Source: Candidatus Woesearchaeota archaeon (GTDB lineage Archaea > Nanobdellota > Nanobdellia > Woesearchaeales > GW2011-AR4). Taken from it: a stretch of 64,000 nt of DNA. Position 1 is the stretch's first letter. Every line of letters starts with the position of its first letter. A program made the translations under genes and the position numbers. The stretch lies in assembly GCA_016187495.1 (NCBI GenBank), contig JACPJP010000012.1:17031-81030 (forward strand). Direction: 5' to 3'. The notes beneath the pieces were generated by a model. The model had not been told where the DNA came from and did not search any database. It saw nothing but the letters and a program-made list of their open reading frames with translations. Shown here piece by piece: positions 1 through 9,327 of the stretch.

Positions 1-59
1 TTAGAGTTCCTTTTTCCAATGGGGATAAATAACAAATCCACAACTGTAGAAATTTTTAA

Positions 60-548
60 TTGTGGAAACCCACAAAAGTGTATGCAGATTTTTTGGCTAT
101 TTCTTCAAATCGTACTACATTAAGACTATCTCAATTTTCAAGAGAGTTAAATAAGGATGAAAATATAAAAATAGCCATTAAATTTAAAATGAATATTCAA
201 CCTAGTGGAATTTTTGCATTTCGTCATTATGAAAACAAAATAATATCTGATAGGTATACATTGAACCTAAAGTTTGGAGATAATTATGCCTGTTCATTTA
301 ATTGTTTTGAACCTATAAAGGCAATTGACCTTTATTGGAATAGTACACTTGATAGAAATATTTTACTAAAATTTAATGATGCGGAACAAAGCCATATATT
401 TAAACTACAGTCAATTAATAGTGATAACATATTCAAAAAAGATAGAGATTTAGCATTAGGTGTTTCATTACTTGTTTCATTTATTACATTATTAATTCAG
501 CAAATAATTAAAGATATTGAGGAGTGCATTAAAAATAAATCACCCTAA
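60..548 (+). CDS. Hypothetical protein with C-terminal TM helix (5' end uncertain, possibly a fragment or frameshifted)
   Basis: 162-aa open frame, very AT-rich, ending in the hydrophobic stretch LALGVSLLVSFITLLI. TTG start only; the upstream in-frame sequence hits a stop near base 30. Confidence 0.45.
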   Translation: MWKPTKVYADFLAISSNRTTLRLSQFSRELNKDENIKIAIKFKMNIQPSGIFAFRHYENKIISDRYTLNLKFGDNYACSFNCFEPIKAIDLYWNSTLDRNILLKFNDAEQSHIFKLQSINSDNIFKKDRDLALGVSLLVSFITLLIQQIIKDIEECIKNKSP

Positions 549-575
549 TATTTGTCTATACCTATCTAAGAGAGT

Positions 576-663
576 TTACTCTTTCAGCCTCTCCTTCAGC
601 CCCCTATGCTCCTCTGCTATCTCCAAAGCAGCCTATCCCCAAAATTTCTTAATGTCATTCTTC
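576..663 (-). pseudogene. Degenerate duplicate of the pckG 3' end
   Basis: Minus strand reads FGDRL..(1-bp gap)..EIAEEHRGLKERLKE*, compared with the intact PEPCK C-terminus FGDKMPKEILEEHAGLKERLN* at 1393-1460. Confidence 0.8.
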
Positions 664-723
664 AGCAGGCGTCTTAATCTGCACTAAACTTCCAAAACAT
701 CCGTAGAAATAGTATCGGAAATC

Positions 724-766
724 AAAAGTTTTATATATGTGTATTCACATAGTACGCATAGGGTGA
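724..766 (+). promoter_or_regulatory. Archaeal BRE/TATA promoter with palindromic operator and RBS of the TA operon
   Basis: aaaag-TTTTATATA (724-737), inverted repeat TATGTG-tatt-CACATA (736-751), and GGTGA RBS (762-766) before the ATG at 773. Confidence 0.7.
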
Positions 767-772
767 TGAAAA

Positions 773-991
773 ATGCCGAACATGACATTGTCTATTCCGG
801 AAGAATTGCATACTATAGTAAAGAAGCATGCTGAAATCAAGTGGAGCGAGATAGCAAGAAGAGCAATGTGGATGCAAGCCAGAAAGCTTCAGCTAATGGA
901 TACATTAGCCAGCAAAAGCAAATTTACCGAAAAGGATGTTGAAGAGCTGGACCACAAAATAAAAGCGGGGCTGCTAAAGAGGTTTGCTTAA
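773..991 (+). CDS. Ribbon-helix-helix antitoxin (VapB-like)
   Basis: 72 aa; NMTLSIPEEL..IKWSEIARRA is a typical archaeal RHH antitoxin pattern. Stop overlaps the start of the PIN gene (TAATG). Confidence 0.8.
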   Translation: MPNMTLSIPEELHTIVKKHAEIKWSEIARRAMWMQARKLQLMDTLASKSKFTEKDVEELDHKIKAGLLKRFA

Positions 992-1374
992 TGAGGCTGG
1001 TTGTTGACTCAAATAGAATTATCTCTGCGCTGATAAAAGAAGGTGTAAGCAGGAAAATACTTAGCTCCAAAAACATAGAATTTTTTACTGTTGGTTATAT
1101 AAAAGAAGAAATCAGCAAATACAAAGCAGTGATTATTGAGAAATCTGCTATGTCTGCCGAGGCAATTGACGCATTATTCAGTTTGGTAATGGAAAACATA
1201 AATGTTGTTCCAGAAGAAGATGTTAAATTGAAGATGAAAGAGGCTCTTAATATCATGAAAGGCATCGATGCAAAAGATGCTCCGTTTATAGCGGCTGCTT
1301 TGGCAATGCCCAATGATGGAATATGGTCGCATGACAGGCATTTTGAAATGCAAAACAAAAGTATGGTTAGCTAA
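991..1374 (+). CDS. PIN-domain toxin (VapC-like), C-terminus apparently frameshifted
   Basis: LVVDSN, DAKDAPFIAAALA and IWSHDRHF PIN motifs. An alternative-frame tail KVWLAKDLIKYI* ends at 1396. Confidence 0.85.
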   Translation: MRLVVDSNRIISALIKEGVSRKILSSKNIEFFTVGYIKEEISKYKAVIIEKSAMSAEAIDALFSLVMENINVVPEEDVKLKMKEALNIMKGIDAKDAPFIAAALAMPNDGIWSHDRHFEMQNKSMVS

Positions 1375-1392
1375 AGACCTAATTAAATATAT

Positions 1393-3183
1393 TTAATTCA
1401 ACCTTTCTTTCAAGCCAGCATGCTCCTCTAAAATCTCCTTGGGCATCTTATCCCCAAACTTCTTAAAGAATTCTTCCTGTTTTTTTACTTCTTCATTCCA
1501 CTCTTCTTTGTCTATGCTCAACAGCTCTTCAATGTTATTCTCAGTCAGATTTATGCCCCCCATATGCATATCTTTTGCATGAGGCACATACCCAATCGCA
1601 GTTTTATTAGCATCTACTTCTTCCTTTACGCGCTGGATTATCCACTTTATTACCCTCAAATTCTCTCTAAAGCCCGGCCATAAGAAGTTTCCATTGTTAT
1701 CCGTCCTAAACCAGTTGACATGGAAAATTTTTGGCTGCTTATGGAGATTCTTTCCCATCTCTAGCCAGTGCTTAAAATAGTCCCCCATGTGATAGCCGCA
1801 GAAAGGCAGCATTGCCATTGGGTCATGCCTTATTTCCCCCACTTTTCCTTCGGCAGCGGCTGTTTTCTCTGATGCCATTGTTGCTCCAATAAAAGTCCCG
1901 TGCTGCCAGTCAAAAGACTCGTAAATCAATGGAGCAACTTTAGCTCTCCTCCCCCCAAACACTATCGCGCTTATTGGGACTCCATTTGGATTATCCCATT
2001 CGGCTGATGCGGAAGGGCATTGGCTTACATGTGCAGTAAATCTTGAGTTAGGGTGCGCTCCTTTTTCCATAGAGTCTGATTGCCAAATTTCGCCTCTCCA
2101 GTCTATGGCTTTTTTTGGCCTTTCTTCTCCACAGCCTTCCCACCAAACTGTTCCGTCTTCTTTAAGAACAACATTCGTAAAAATAGTGTTGCTTTGTAGT
2201 GTTTTCATCGCATTTGGATTTGTTTTCATGCTTGTCCCAGGCACAACTCCAAAAAATCCCGCTTCAGGATTTACTGCATATAATCTGCCGTCTTTTCCAA
2301 TGTGTATCCATGCTATATCATCCCCTACAGTCCATACCTCCCATCCTGGCATAGAATCTGGAGGTATTAGCATAGCCAAATTTGTCTTTCCGCATGCGCT
2401 TGGAAATGCTGCTGCTATGTAATAAGTTTCATTTTCGGGGGTTTTAACTCCCATTATTAGCATATGTTCCGCTAACCATCCCTCTTTCTTTCCCAAAAAG
2501 CTTGCTATCCTCAAAGCAAGGCATTTTTTGCCTAACAAAGCATTGCCTCCATAACCTGAGCCAACTGACCAAACAGCATTGTCTTCCGGGAAATGGCATA
2601 TGAATCTTCTTTTTATGTCTAAATCAGATTTGCTATGCAAACATCTCGTAAAATTATTAGTATTGCCTAGTTCTTCCCACGCTATCTTGCCCATCCTCGT
2701 CATCTTTTTCATATTTAATGCAACATAAACGCTGTCGGTCAATTGCGCCCCAACCTTACAGAACATAGAGCCTTTTGGCCCCATTAGGAATGGCACGACA
2801 TACATCGTTCTTTCTCTCATAGAGCCGTTAAATATGCCAGAAAGCTTTTCATAAGCCTCTTTCGGTGCCATCCAGTTATTTGTCGGGCCTGCATCTTCCT
2901 TGTTTTCAGTGCAGATAAATGTTAATTCCTCGGTCCTAGCAACATCATTAAGCGCTGACCTATGCAAATAGCAGCCAGGCATTTTTTTCTGGTTAAGCTC
3001 TATTAAATCCCCAACTCTTAATGCTTCCTTTACCAGCTCTTTTTCTTCCTTTTCAGAGCCGTTAAGCCATTGTATTTTATCCGGCTTGCACATGGCAGCC
3101 ATCTCATTTACCCATTTGATGACGTGCTCATTAGAAGGCATGTTTTCTTTTTCAATAAATTTTCCATTACGGATTTGTTCCAT
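1393..3183 (-). CDS. pckG: Phosphoenolpyruvate carboxykinase (GTP)
   Basis: GYGGNALLGKKC, WLAEHM, FPSACGKTNLAM, VGDDIAW and HPNSRF motifs; 596 aa. Confidence 0.97.
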   Translation of the reverse strand: MEQIRNGKFIEKENMPSNEHVIKWVNEMAAMCKPDKIQWLNGSEKEEKELVKEALRVGDLIELNQKKMPGCYLHRSALNDVARTEELTFICTENKEDAGPTNNWMAPKEAYEKLSGIFNGSMRERTMYVVPFLMGPKGSMFCKVGAQLTDSVYVALNMKKMTRMGKIAWEELGNTNNFTRCLHSKSDLDIKRRFICHFPEDNAVWSVGSGYGGNALLGKKCLALRIASFLGKKEGWLAEHMLIMGVKTPENETYYIAAAFPSACGKTNLAMLIPPDSMPGWEVWTVGDDIAWIHIGKDGRLYAVNPEAGFFGVVPGTSMKTNPNAMKTLQSNTIFTNVVLKEDGTVWWEGCGEERPKKAIDWRGEIWQSDSMEKGAHPNSRFTAHVSQCPSASAEWDNPNGVPISAIVFGGRRAKVAPLIYESFDWQHGTFIGATMASEKTAAAEGKVGEIRHDPMAMLPFCGYHMGDYFKHWLEMGKNLHKQPKIFHVNWFRTDNNGNFLWPGFRENLRVIKWIIQRVKEEVDANKTAIGYVPHAKDMHMGGINLTENNIEELLSIDKEEWNEEVKKQEEFFKKFGDKMPKEILEEHAGLKERLN

Positions 3184-3227
3184 TTTATTGATATGTTTTA
3201 TTAGTTTTAAATTATAATGAAATAAAA

Positions 3228-4418
3228 TTATAGTAATCTCCCCTTAACCCATCTTTCCATCCTGTCCATTCCTTGCTCTATGTCTTCCATAGAAGAGGCA
3301 TAGCTCAGTCTTATATGCTTGTCAGAACCGAAAGCGCTGCCAGGAACTACCGCAACCAAAGCCTCTTCCAGCAGCTTGGAAGCAAATTCCATTGAGCTCA
3401 TTTTTGTTTCGCTTATATCTGGAAAAGCATAGAAAGCCCCTTCAGGCTCTACACAACTTACCCCATTCATCTCATTTAGCCTTTTATGCATGAATTTTCT
3501 CCTTTCGTCAAATGCCATTATCATTTCCTTGACGCTGTCTTGCGGCCCATTCAAAGCCTCTAAAGCAGCCATCTGCGCTATATTGGAGATATTGCTTGTT
3601 GAATGGCTCTGCAAATTCTCTGTGCCCTTGATTATTTCCTTATTTGCGCCGCAATATCCTACCCTCCAACCAGTCATGGCATATGTCTTTGAAAAGGAAT
3701 TTGCAGTCACTGTCAGATTTTTAATTTTATCATTCAATGATGCTATGCTTACTCTATCTTTTTTGCCGTAAACGAAATACTCATAAACCTCATCAGCCAC
3801 AACGTAAAAATTATGCTCGACAGCGAGTTTTGCAATCTTCTCAATTTCATTTTTGTCTACTATCGCTCCGCTTGGATTGCTTGGGCTGTTTAAAATCAGC
3901 ATTTTTGTCTTAGGAGTTATTTTTTCCTCAACATCTTTGGCTGTTAATTTAAAGTGGCTATCGGTATTGCAGAAAACAGCCTTTGCCCCAGTCAGCTTGA
4001 TTATTTCCTCAAAGCTTACCCAATACGGCACTGGCAGAATAGCTTCATCATCTTCGTTAAGTATCGCCATTGCGATGTTATACAGCACATGTTTTCCACC
4101 GGCGCATACAACAACTTCAGAAGCGTCATATTTTATTTTGTTTACTTCCCTAAATTTTTTTGCAATGGCTTCCCTCAGCTCTGGAATTCCCCCTATAGGG
4201 GTGTATCTTGTGATATTTTTGTCAATTGCTTTCTTTGCGGCCTCTTTTATGTTCTCGGGTGTATTAAAATCCGGCTCCCCAGCCCCGAAATTAAGCACAT
4301 TTTTGCCTTCTTTCTTGAGTTGCTTGGCTTTTGCATCTACAGCCAGCGTAGCGCTTGGCGCAATATTACCTACCCTTTCAGATATCAATCGAACCACCTG
4401 TTTTTCGGGAAATTTCAC
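3228..4418 (-). CDS. aspC: PLP-dependent aspartate aminotransferase (class I/II); true start may be GTG 4397 or TTG 4388
   Basis: GAGEPDFNTP, NSPSNPSG, DEVY and SFSKTYAMTGWRVG (PLP lysine) motifs. Confidence 0.92.
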   Translation of the reverse strand: MKFPEKQVVRLISERVGNIAPSATLAVDAKAKQLKKEGKNVLNFGAGEPDFNTPENIKEAAKKAIDKNITRYTPIGGIPELREAIAKKFREVNKIKYDASEVVVCAGGKHVLYNIAMAILNEDDEAILPVPYWVSFEEIIKLTGAKAVFCNTDSHFKLTAKDVEEKITPKTKMLILNSPSNPSGAIVDKNEIEKIAKLAVEHNFYVVADEVYEYFVYGKKDRVSIASLNDKIKNLTVTANSFSKTYAMTGWRVGYCGANKEIIKGTENLQSHSTSNISNIAQMAALEALNGPQDSVKEMIMAFDERRKFMHKRLNEMNGVSCVEPEGAFYAFPDISETKMSSMEFASKLLEEALVAVVPGSAFGSDKHIRLSYASSMEDIEQGMDRMERWVKGRLL

Positions 4419-4980
4419 CTATATTAATACCTTTTGTCGTATTTATAACAATTGCCCTATGCACCCTTTCCTTAGCCTCATTTAAGCAGATGTCAAATAT
4501 CTCAGCATCAAGGTTTTCCCTTATTTTTTGTTTAGAATAATTTTTCTTCTTTAGTCTCCTTTCAAGCTCCTTTAGGTCGCACTTCGTTATAATGCATAGA
4601 TTGACATACTTTTTCGGCAAATAATGGGAAAGGTGGGAGTCAATAATTATGCCATTTTTTACATTTTTGTTATTTTTAACAGATTTAGTTTTATTGTTCT
4701 TTTTTATTGGTTTTTTAATATTGTAAAAGATTTTTATTGGATCGCCTTTAATTGAATTCTTATTTTTTTTAATATTGCTTATTTCTTTAATCAATGCCCT
4801 ATTCAGCTTTTTAACATCAACAATCTTCGTCTTTCTTTTTTTGTCATAGCCCTCGGACAATCTGTATTTTTTAATTGTCTCGTTGACATCTAAATAGTAA
4901 AAGTTGAGTTTTTTTGCCAGTTTTTTTGATAATGTTGTTTTTCCAGTTCCAGGTGTTCCACTAACAATTACGACTTTCAT
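4378..4980 (-). CDS. Adenylate kinase AK6/Fap7 family, with a K/N-rich insertion
   Basis: SGTPGTGKTT P-loop, IIDSHLSH motif, LERRLKKKNYSKQKIRENLDAEIFD. Confidence 0.88.
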   Translation of the reverse strand: MKVVIVSGTPGTGKTTLSKKLAKKLNFYYLDVNETIKKYRLSEGYDKKRKTKIVDVKKLNRALIKEISNIKKNKNSIKGDPIKIFYNIKKPIKKNNKTKSVKNNKNVKNGIIIDSHLSHYLPKKYVNLCIITKCDLKELERRLKKKNYSKQKIRENLDAEIFDICLNEAKERVHRAIVINTTKGINIGEISRKTGGSIDI

Positions 4981-5073
4981 AATATAAGGTTAATACTGGC
5001 AATTTTTAAGTGTTGCTCATTTTTAAGCCAAAAACAAAAATATTTTTAAATCAAATAATATTAAGTTTCCCTG

Positions 5074-5475
5074 ATGCAGGAAGTAATCTCTATATCTACG
5101 TCTAAAAGGCAGGAATTGATTGACATAACCAACAAGGTTGAGGCAGTAGTAAAAAAATCTAAGGTAAAAGAAGGTTTATGCAGTATCTTTGCAATGCACG
5201 CTACCGCTGCAATAATAATAAATGAGAATGCCGACCCTAATATATGCCTTGATCTCATAGACTCCTTAAATGGGCTTATTCCAAGAGGGAAATGGATGCA
5301 TGATAAATTGGATGGAAATGCAGATGCACACATAAAATCGTCAATATTAGGCCCTTCTGAAACTGTACCAATAAAAGATAATCGGCTGCAATTGGGAACG
5401 TGGCAAGCTATCATGTTTTGCGAGAATGACGGACCGAGAGACAGGAAAGTTATTGTAAGCATAATCGGTGATTAA
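5074..5475 (+). CDS. yjbQ: YjbQ / UPF0047 family protein
   Basis: HATAAIIINENADP, GNADAHIKS and LGTWQAIMFCENDGPR motifs. Confidence 0.92.
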   Translation: MQEVISISTSKRQELIDITNKVEAVVKKSKVKEGLCSIFAMHATAAIIINENADPNICLDLIDSLNGLIPRGKWMHDKLDGNADAHIKSSILGPSETVPIKDNRLQLGTWQAIMFCENDGPRDRKVIVSIIGD

Positions 5476-5931
5476 ATGCTGTGCGACATGTGCGGAAATC
5501 CGGGAAAGCTGTTTAAGACAATAGTTGAAGGTACAGAGTTAAGTGTGTGCCAAGAATGCAGCAGATTTGGCAAGGTTATCAGTGTCATAGAGCCTAGTGC
5601 TGCCAAGCCATCAGCAAAAACCGAAAGTGAAGAGCCTGAAACTGAGATTATGGACATTTTGGTTGAGGATTACGCTGAAAAAATAAGGAAAAAAAGGGAA
5701 AGCTTAGGCCTTAACCAGGAAGAATTTGCAAAAAAGCTAAACGAGAAAGAGTCTGTCGTGCAGAAGATAGAATCAGGCCATTTTGAGCCCCCCATAGGCC
5801 TTGCAAAAAAAATTTCAAGGATACTGCAGATTAAGCTTGTTGAGGAGTATGAAGAAAGGCATGAGAAGCAGCCTAGGCCCAAAGTTGAGGGCTTTACATT
5901 AGGGGACTTCATCAAAATAAAGGAAAAATAA
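5476..5931 (+). CDS. mbf1: Archaeal multiprotein bridging factor 1 (Zn ribbon + HTH)
   Basis: CDMCG..VCQEC Zn ribbon, Cro-like HTH, and C-terminal TLGD motif. Confidence 0.92.
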   Translation: MLCDMCGNPGKLFKTIVEGTELSVCQECSRFGKVISVIEPSAAKPSAKTESEEPETEIMDILVEDYAEKIRKKRESLGLNQEEFAKKLNEKESVVQKIESGHFEPPIGLAKKISRILQIKLVEEYEERHEKQPRPKVEGFTLGDFIKIKEK

Positions 5932-5975
5932 TATAAAGCTTTAAATATGCTTATTTCTTAAAGAAAGTTAGGAAA

Positions 5976-7214
5976 ATGATGCTTGGGTACTCTATACTGG
6001 TGCATATAGTATGGTTTCTTTCAACCTATTTTATTGTAGTTTTCTTGCTAACATTGCTGAAAAACAAGAGCAATCTTTACAAATCCCCGGAATTCAGCAA
6101 AAATGATGCGCTACCAAAGGTAAGCATAGTTATTTCAGCATACAATGAGGAGGAGAAGATAGCAGAGTCCATAGAATCCCTGAAGACCATAGACTACCCT
6201 AAAGAGATGTATGAGGTAATTATCGTAAATGACGGCAGCGAAGACAATACAAAGAATATTGTACTTAAATATGCAGATGGGAAAAACATCACATTTATTG
6301 ATAACACGGAAAATAAGGGAAAGGCCGCGTGCCTTAATCAGGGCATTAAAATAGCAAAAGGGGACTATGTTGCATGCATGGATGCCGATTCCACAGTTTC
6401 AAAAGATATCCTTAGGAAAACAACCCCATATTTCAAAGACAGTAAAACAGGCGCAGTCACAGTGTCTGTGGAAGTTAAGAATGCGAATAATTTCTTGCAG
6501 AGAATAATACAGATGGAATACATGCTGGGCCTTTCGCTTTTTTTAAAGGTCTTTTCGTCTTTTAACTGCGTGCACGTTACCCCAGGGCCGTTTTCCATAT
6601 ACAGGAAATCCGTGCTTGAGAAGATAGGCTATTTTGATAAAGGCAATATAACTGAGGACCTTGAGATAGCATATAGAATTCATAAATCTGGGTTTAATAT
6701 AAGGAATTGCATGAGCACGCACGTTAAGACTGTAACCCCGGACAACGTAAAATCGCTCTACAGGCAGAGAAGAAGATGGTATTCTGGGGCTTTAATTACG
6801 CTATGGCAGCACAAGGATATTTTGCTTAAGAGAAATGCTGGCTTGTTTGGATACTTTATCCCTTATAACTATTCCTTGATAACGTTTGGGTTAGGGCTTT
6901 TTTTATTATCCACTTACCTTACTATTTCCAATGCAATAAAAAACATATCATTATATGCTTTTACAAACTATAATTTCTTTTCTAACCTTAGCCTGAATTT
7001 TGATCTGCTTTCATTAAGCATATTTGGAATTTTCGGCTTGTCAGGGATAATAGGTATGATTATGTTGGTTACAGTCGGACTAAAGACCATAAGAAACAGC
7101 CCAAGAAAAAACCCTTCATTATACTTTGGATATTTTCTGCTTTTCTTCATGTATCAGGCTTTCTGGCTTGCCTCATTTTTCCTTGTCCTGTTCAGGAGAA
7201 AGGTAAAATGGTGA
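5976..7214 (+). CDS. Processive membrane GT2 glycosyltransferase (cellulose/PNAG synthase-like)
   Basis: AYNEE, DGSED, DAD, TED and QRRRW motifs, with N- and C-terminal TM helices. Confidence 0.9.
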   Translation: MMLGYSILVHIVWFLSTYFIVVFLLTLLKNKSNLYKSPEFSKNDALPKVSIVISAYNEEEKIAESIESLKTIDYPKEMYEVIIVNDGSEDNTKNIVLKYADGKNITFIDNTENKGKAACLNQGIKIAKGDYVACMDADSTVSKDILRKTTPYFKDSKTGAVTVSVEVKNANNFLQRIIQMEYMLGLSLFLKVFSSFNCVHVTPGPFSIYRKSVLEKIGYFDKGNITEDLEIAYRIHKSGFNIRNCMSTHVKTVTPDNVKSLYRQRRRWYSGALITLWQHKDILLKRNAGLFGYFIPYNYSLITFGLGLFLLSTYLTISNAIKNISLYAFTNYNFFSNLSLNFDLLSLSIFGIFGLSGIIGMIMLVTVGLKTIRNSPRKNPSLYFGYFLLFFMYQAFWLASFFLVLFRRKVKW

Positions 7215-7888
7215 CTAACAAGGGAATTTTTATCATAGCCGCTGTCATTACTGTAATGCTTTTTATCTCCATTTATTCGTTCAACCTATTTCTTAACACA
7301 CAAAGAGAGCGCGTTGTTGTAGAGAGAATGAAAGACGTGCTTGAGGAATACCAGGAGATACAAGCCCTTTCACTTATGTCAGATGTTTTTGGAAAAGATA
7401 TGACGTGCCTGTCTCTGGAAAGCAGGCTAGCCCAGATGGACAAGACATTATGGGATACGGGAGTAAAGATAGACCGCTATAGGGAAGCAACGGAGAAATT
7501 CATAACAGACCCGTTCTATCTCGACCAAAAAAGGAAGTTCAACAGGAATGAAATAATATATTTTTCATTATTGCAAAACATGAAGCAGTGGTGCACCTTC
7601 AACCAGACAACTATACTCTATTTTTACAAGAAGAAGGAAGAATGCCCTTGGTGTGATGCGCAAGCATTTGTTTTGACTGACTTAAACAAGGAAATTGACT
7701 CTGAGATAGCTATATTCTCCTTTGATTCTGATTTAGGGCTTCCTTCCATAAGGACCCTTGAGCTGTTTTATAAGATAGATTCCTACCCATGCACAGTCAT
7801 AGAAGACAGCACTTACTGCGGCTTACACGACAAGAATGAAATGATTGACCTTCTTTGCAAGCATGAGGATATTTCGTTATGCTCCTAG
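7208..7888 (+). CDS. Membrane-anchored protein with C-terminal thioredoxin-like CxxC domain
   Basis: N-terminal TM helix, helical middle region, ILYFY..ECPWC and a YP cis-Pro-like motif; overlaps the GT2 stop. Confidence 0.65.
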   Translation: MVTNKGIFIIAAVITVMLFISIYSFNLFLNTQRERVVVERMKDVLEEYQEIQALSLMSDVFGKDMTCLSLESRLAQMDKTLWDTGVKIDRYREATEKFITDPFYLDQKRKFNRNEIIYFSLLQNMKQWCTFNQTTILYFYKKKEECPWCDAQAFVLTDLNKEIDSEIAIFSFDSDLGLPSIRTLELFYKIDSYPCTVIEDSTYCGLHDKNEMIDLLCKHEDISLCS

Positions 7889-7924
7889 AAACAATTAAAA
7901 AAGAATGTTCTTTCATATTATGAT

Positions 7925-9301
7925 ATGGTATCTTTACTGAAAAACCATAATGCATTCCTATTCCTTTTCTTTATCTTCCTTATCATAAAATTATTTTCTC
8001 TTTTTGTTGTTGCCGACGTATGGTGGGACTCTGCCGTTTATCTTGGCATGGGAAAATATATCTATTCCCTTGGAGAAATTGGTTTGTGGGAAGACTCAAG
8101 GCCATTAATATGGCCATTGATTTTGGGCTTTTTCTGGAAAATTGGATTAGATGCGATATTTTTTGGCAAATTATTGGTTGTATTGTTCAGCCTTGGAATA
8201 TTGACCATTACATACCTCATTGCTCTTGACGTTTTTAACAAAAAAGTTGCGATTATTTCTGCATTATTTCTTGCTTTTTCCCAAACATTCTTTTTGTTTA
8301 GCAATATCTTGCATGCGGAAATTCCTTCCACATTCTTCATTCTGTTAGGATTCTATTGTTTTTTAAGGAAAAAATACAGCTTATCAGGATTGTTTTTGGG
8401 TATAGCCTTCATGGCAAGGTTTTTCCAGCTATTTGCCTTTATCCCCCTTGCTTTGATTTTATTTTATTTGTTTATCAGAAAGAAAATGTCTTATAAGGGA
8501 TTATTTTATTTCTCATTGTTCTTTCTTATTCCAACTATTCCTTATTTTATCTTAAACCAGTTCCTTTACGGGAATATATTACATCCATTTTTGTTGCAGT
8601 CTTTCATGACTAAATATACTGGGTGGGTATTCTACCAGCCGTTTTATTTTTATTTCGTTAGCCTAGTCAAGGAAAACGTTTTGGTTTTGTTCTCGATAAT
8701 CGCATTAGTATTTATTTTTAAGAGGCCTTCATTAAAGTCGTTTTCATTGGCATTGTTGTTTTTATTCCTTTTCGTTCCATATAATTTAGTTGCCCACAAG
8801 GAAATGAGGCTGTTGATACCTGCACTACCTTTTTTGTATATTTTAACCGGTTACGGCTTATTTTATTTCATAAATGCGTTTAAGAAAAATAAAAATTTGC
8901 TATTGTCGTTGTTATTGGTTATTTTTTTAGTGCTGAGCATCCCTAATGTAAAATTTGATAAATATGAAGATAACCTTGATTTGTTTTATAATTATATGAA
9001 TAATGAAGAAATAAAAGATGGCCTTTGGATATCAAATCCCTCTTTCATAGCTTACTCCAACAAAAAGGCAGAGCTAATTTATTATCCGTTGTATAATTCG
9101 GAGAAAATTGATGATTTGGCTACTGATTTAAATAATGCGAATCGCGTTTTGATAAATACCTGCGACATTCCATGCCCCCCGTATGATTTATCTTGCGAAC
9201 AAAAACATATGGGTTTTCTTAATCTCCTCAAAAAAGAGTTTATGTTAATATTGCAAGAAAAACACGGTTCCTGCGAGTATTACATTTTTGGACAAAATTA
9301 A
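7925..9301 (+). CDS. GT-C fold (PMT/ArnT-like) membrane glycosyltransferase
   Basis: About 11 TM helices, WWDSAVY acidic loop, RPLIWP, HKEMRLLIP, and a soluble C-terminal domain. Confidence 0.8.
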   Translation: MVSLLKNHNAFLFLFFIFLIIKLFSLFVVADVWWDSAVYLGMGKYIYSLGEIGLWEDSRPLIWPLILGFFWKIGLDAIFFGKLLVVLFSLGILTITYLIALDVFNKKVAIISALFLAFSQTFFLFSNILHAEIPSTFFILLGFYCFLRKKYSLSGLFLGIAFMARFFQLFAFIPLALILFYLFIRKKMSYKGLFYFSLFFLIPTIPYFILNQFLYGNILHPFLLQSFMTKYTGWVFYQPFYFYFVSLVKENVLVLFSIIALVFIFKRPSLKSFSLALLFLFLFVPYNLVAHKEMRLLIPALPFLYILTGYGLFYFINAFKKNKNLLLSLLLVIFLVLSIPNVKFDKYEDNLDLFYNYMNNEEIKDGLWISNPSFIAYSNKKAELIYYPLYNSEKIDDLATDLNNANRVLINTCDIPCPPYDLSCEQKHMGFLNLLKKEFMLILQEKHGSCEYYIFGQN

Positions 9302-9327
9302 TAAATTGTTCTTTATTTCCTTGGAAT

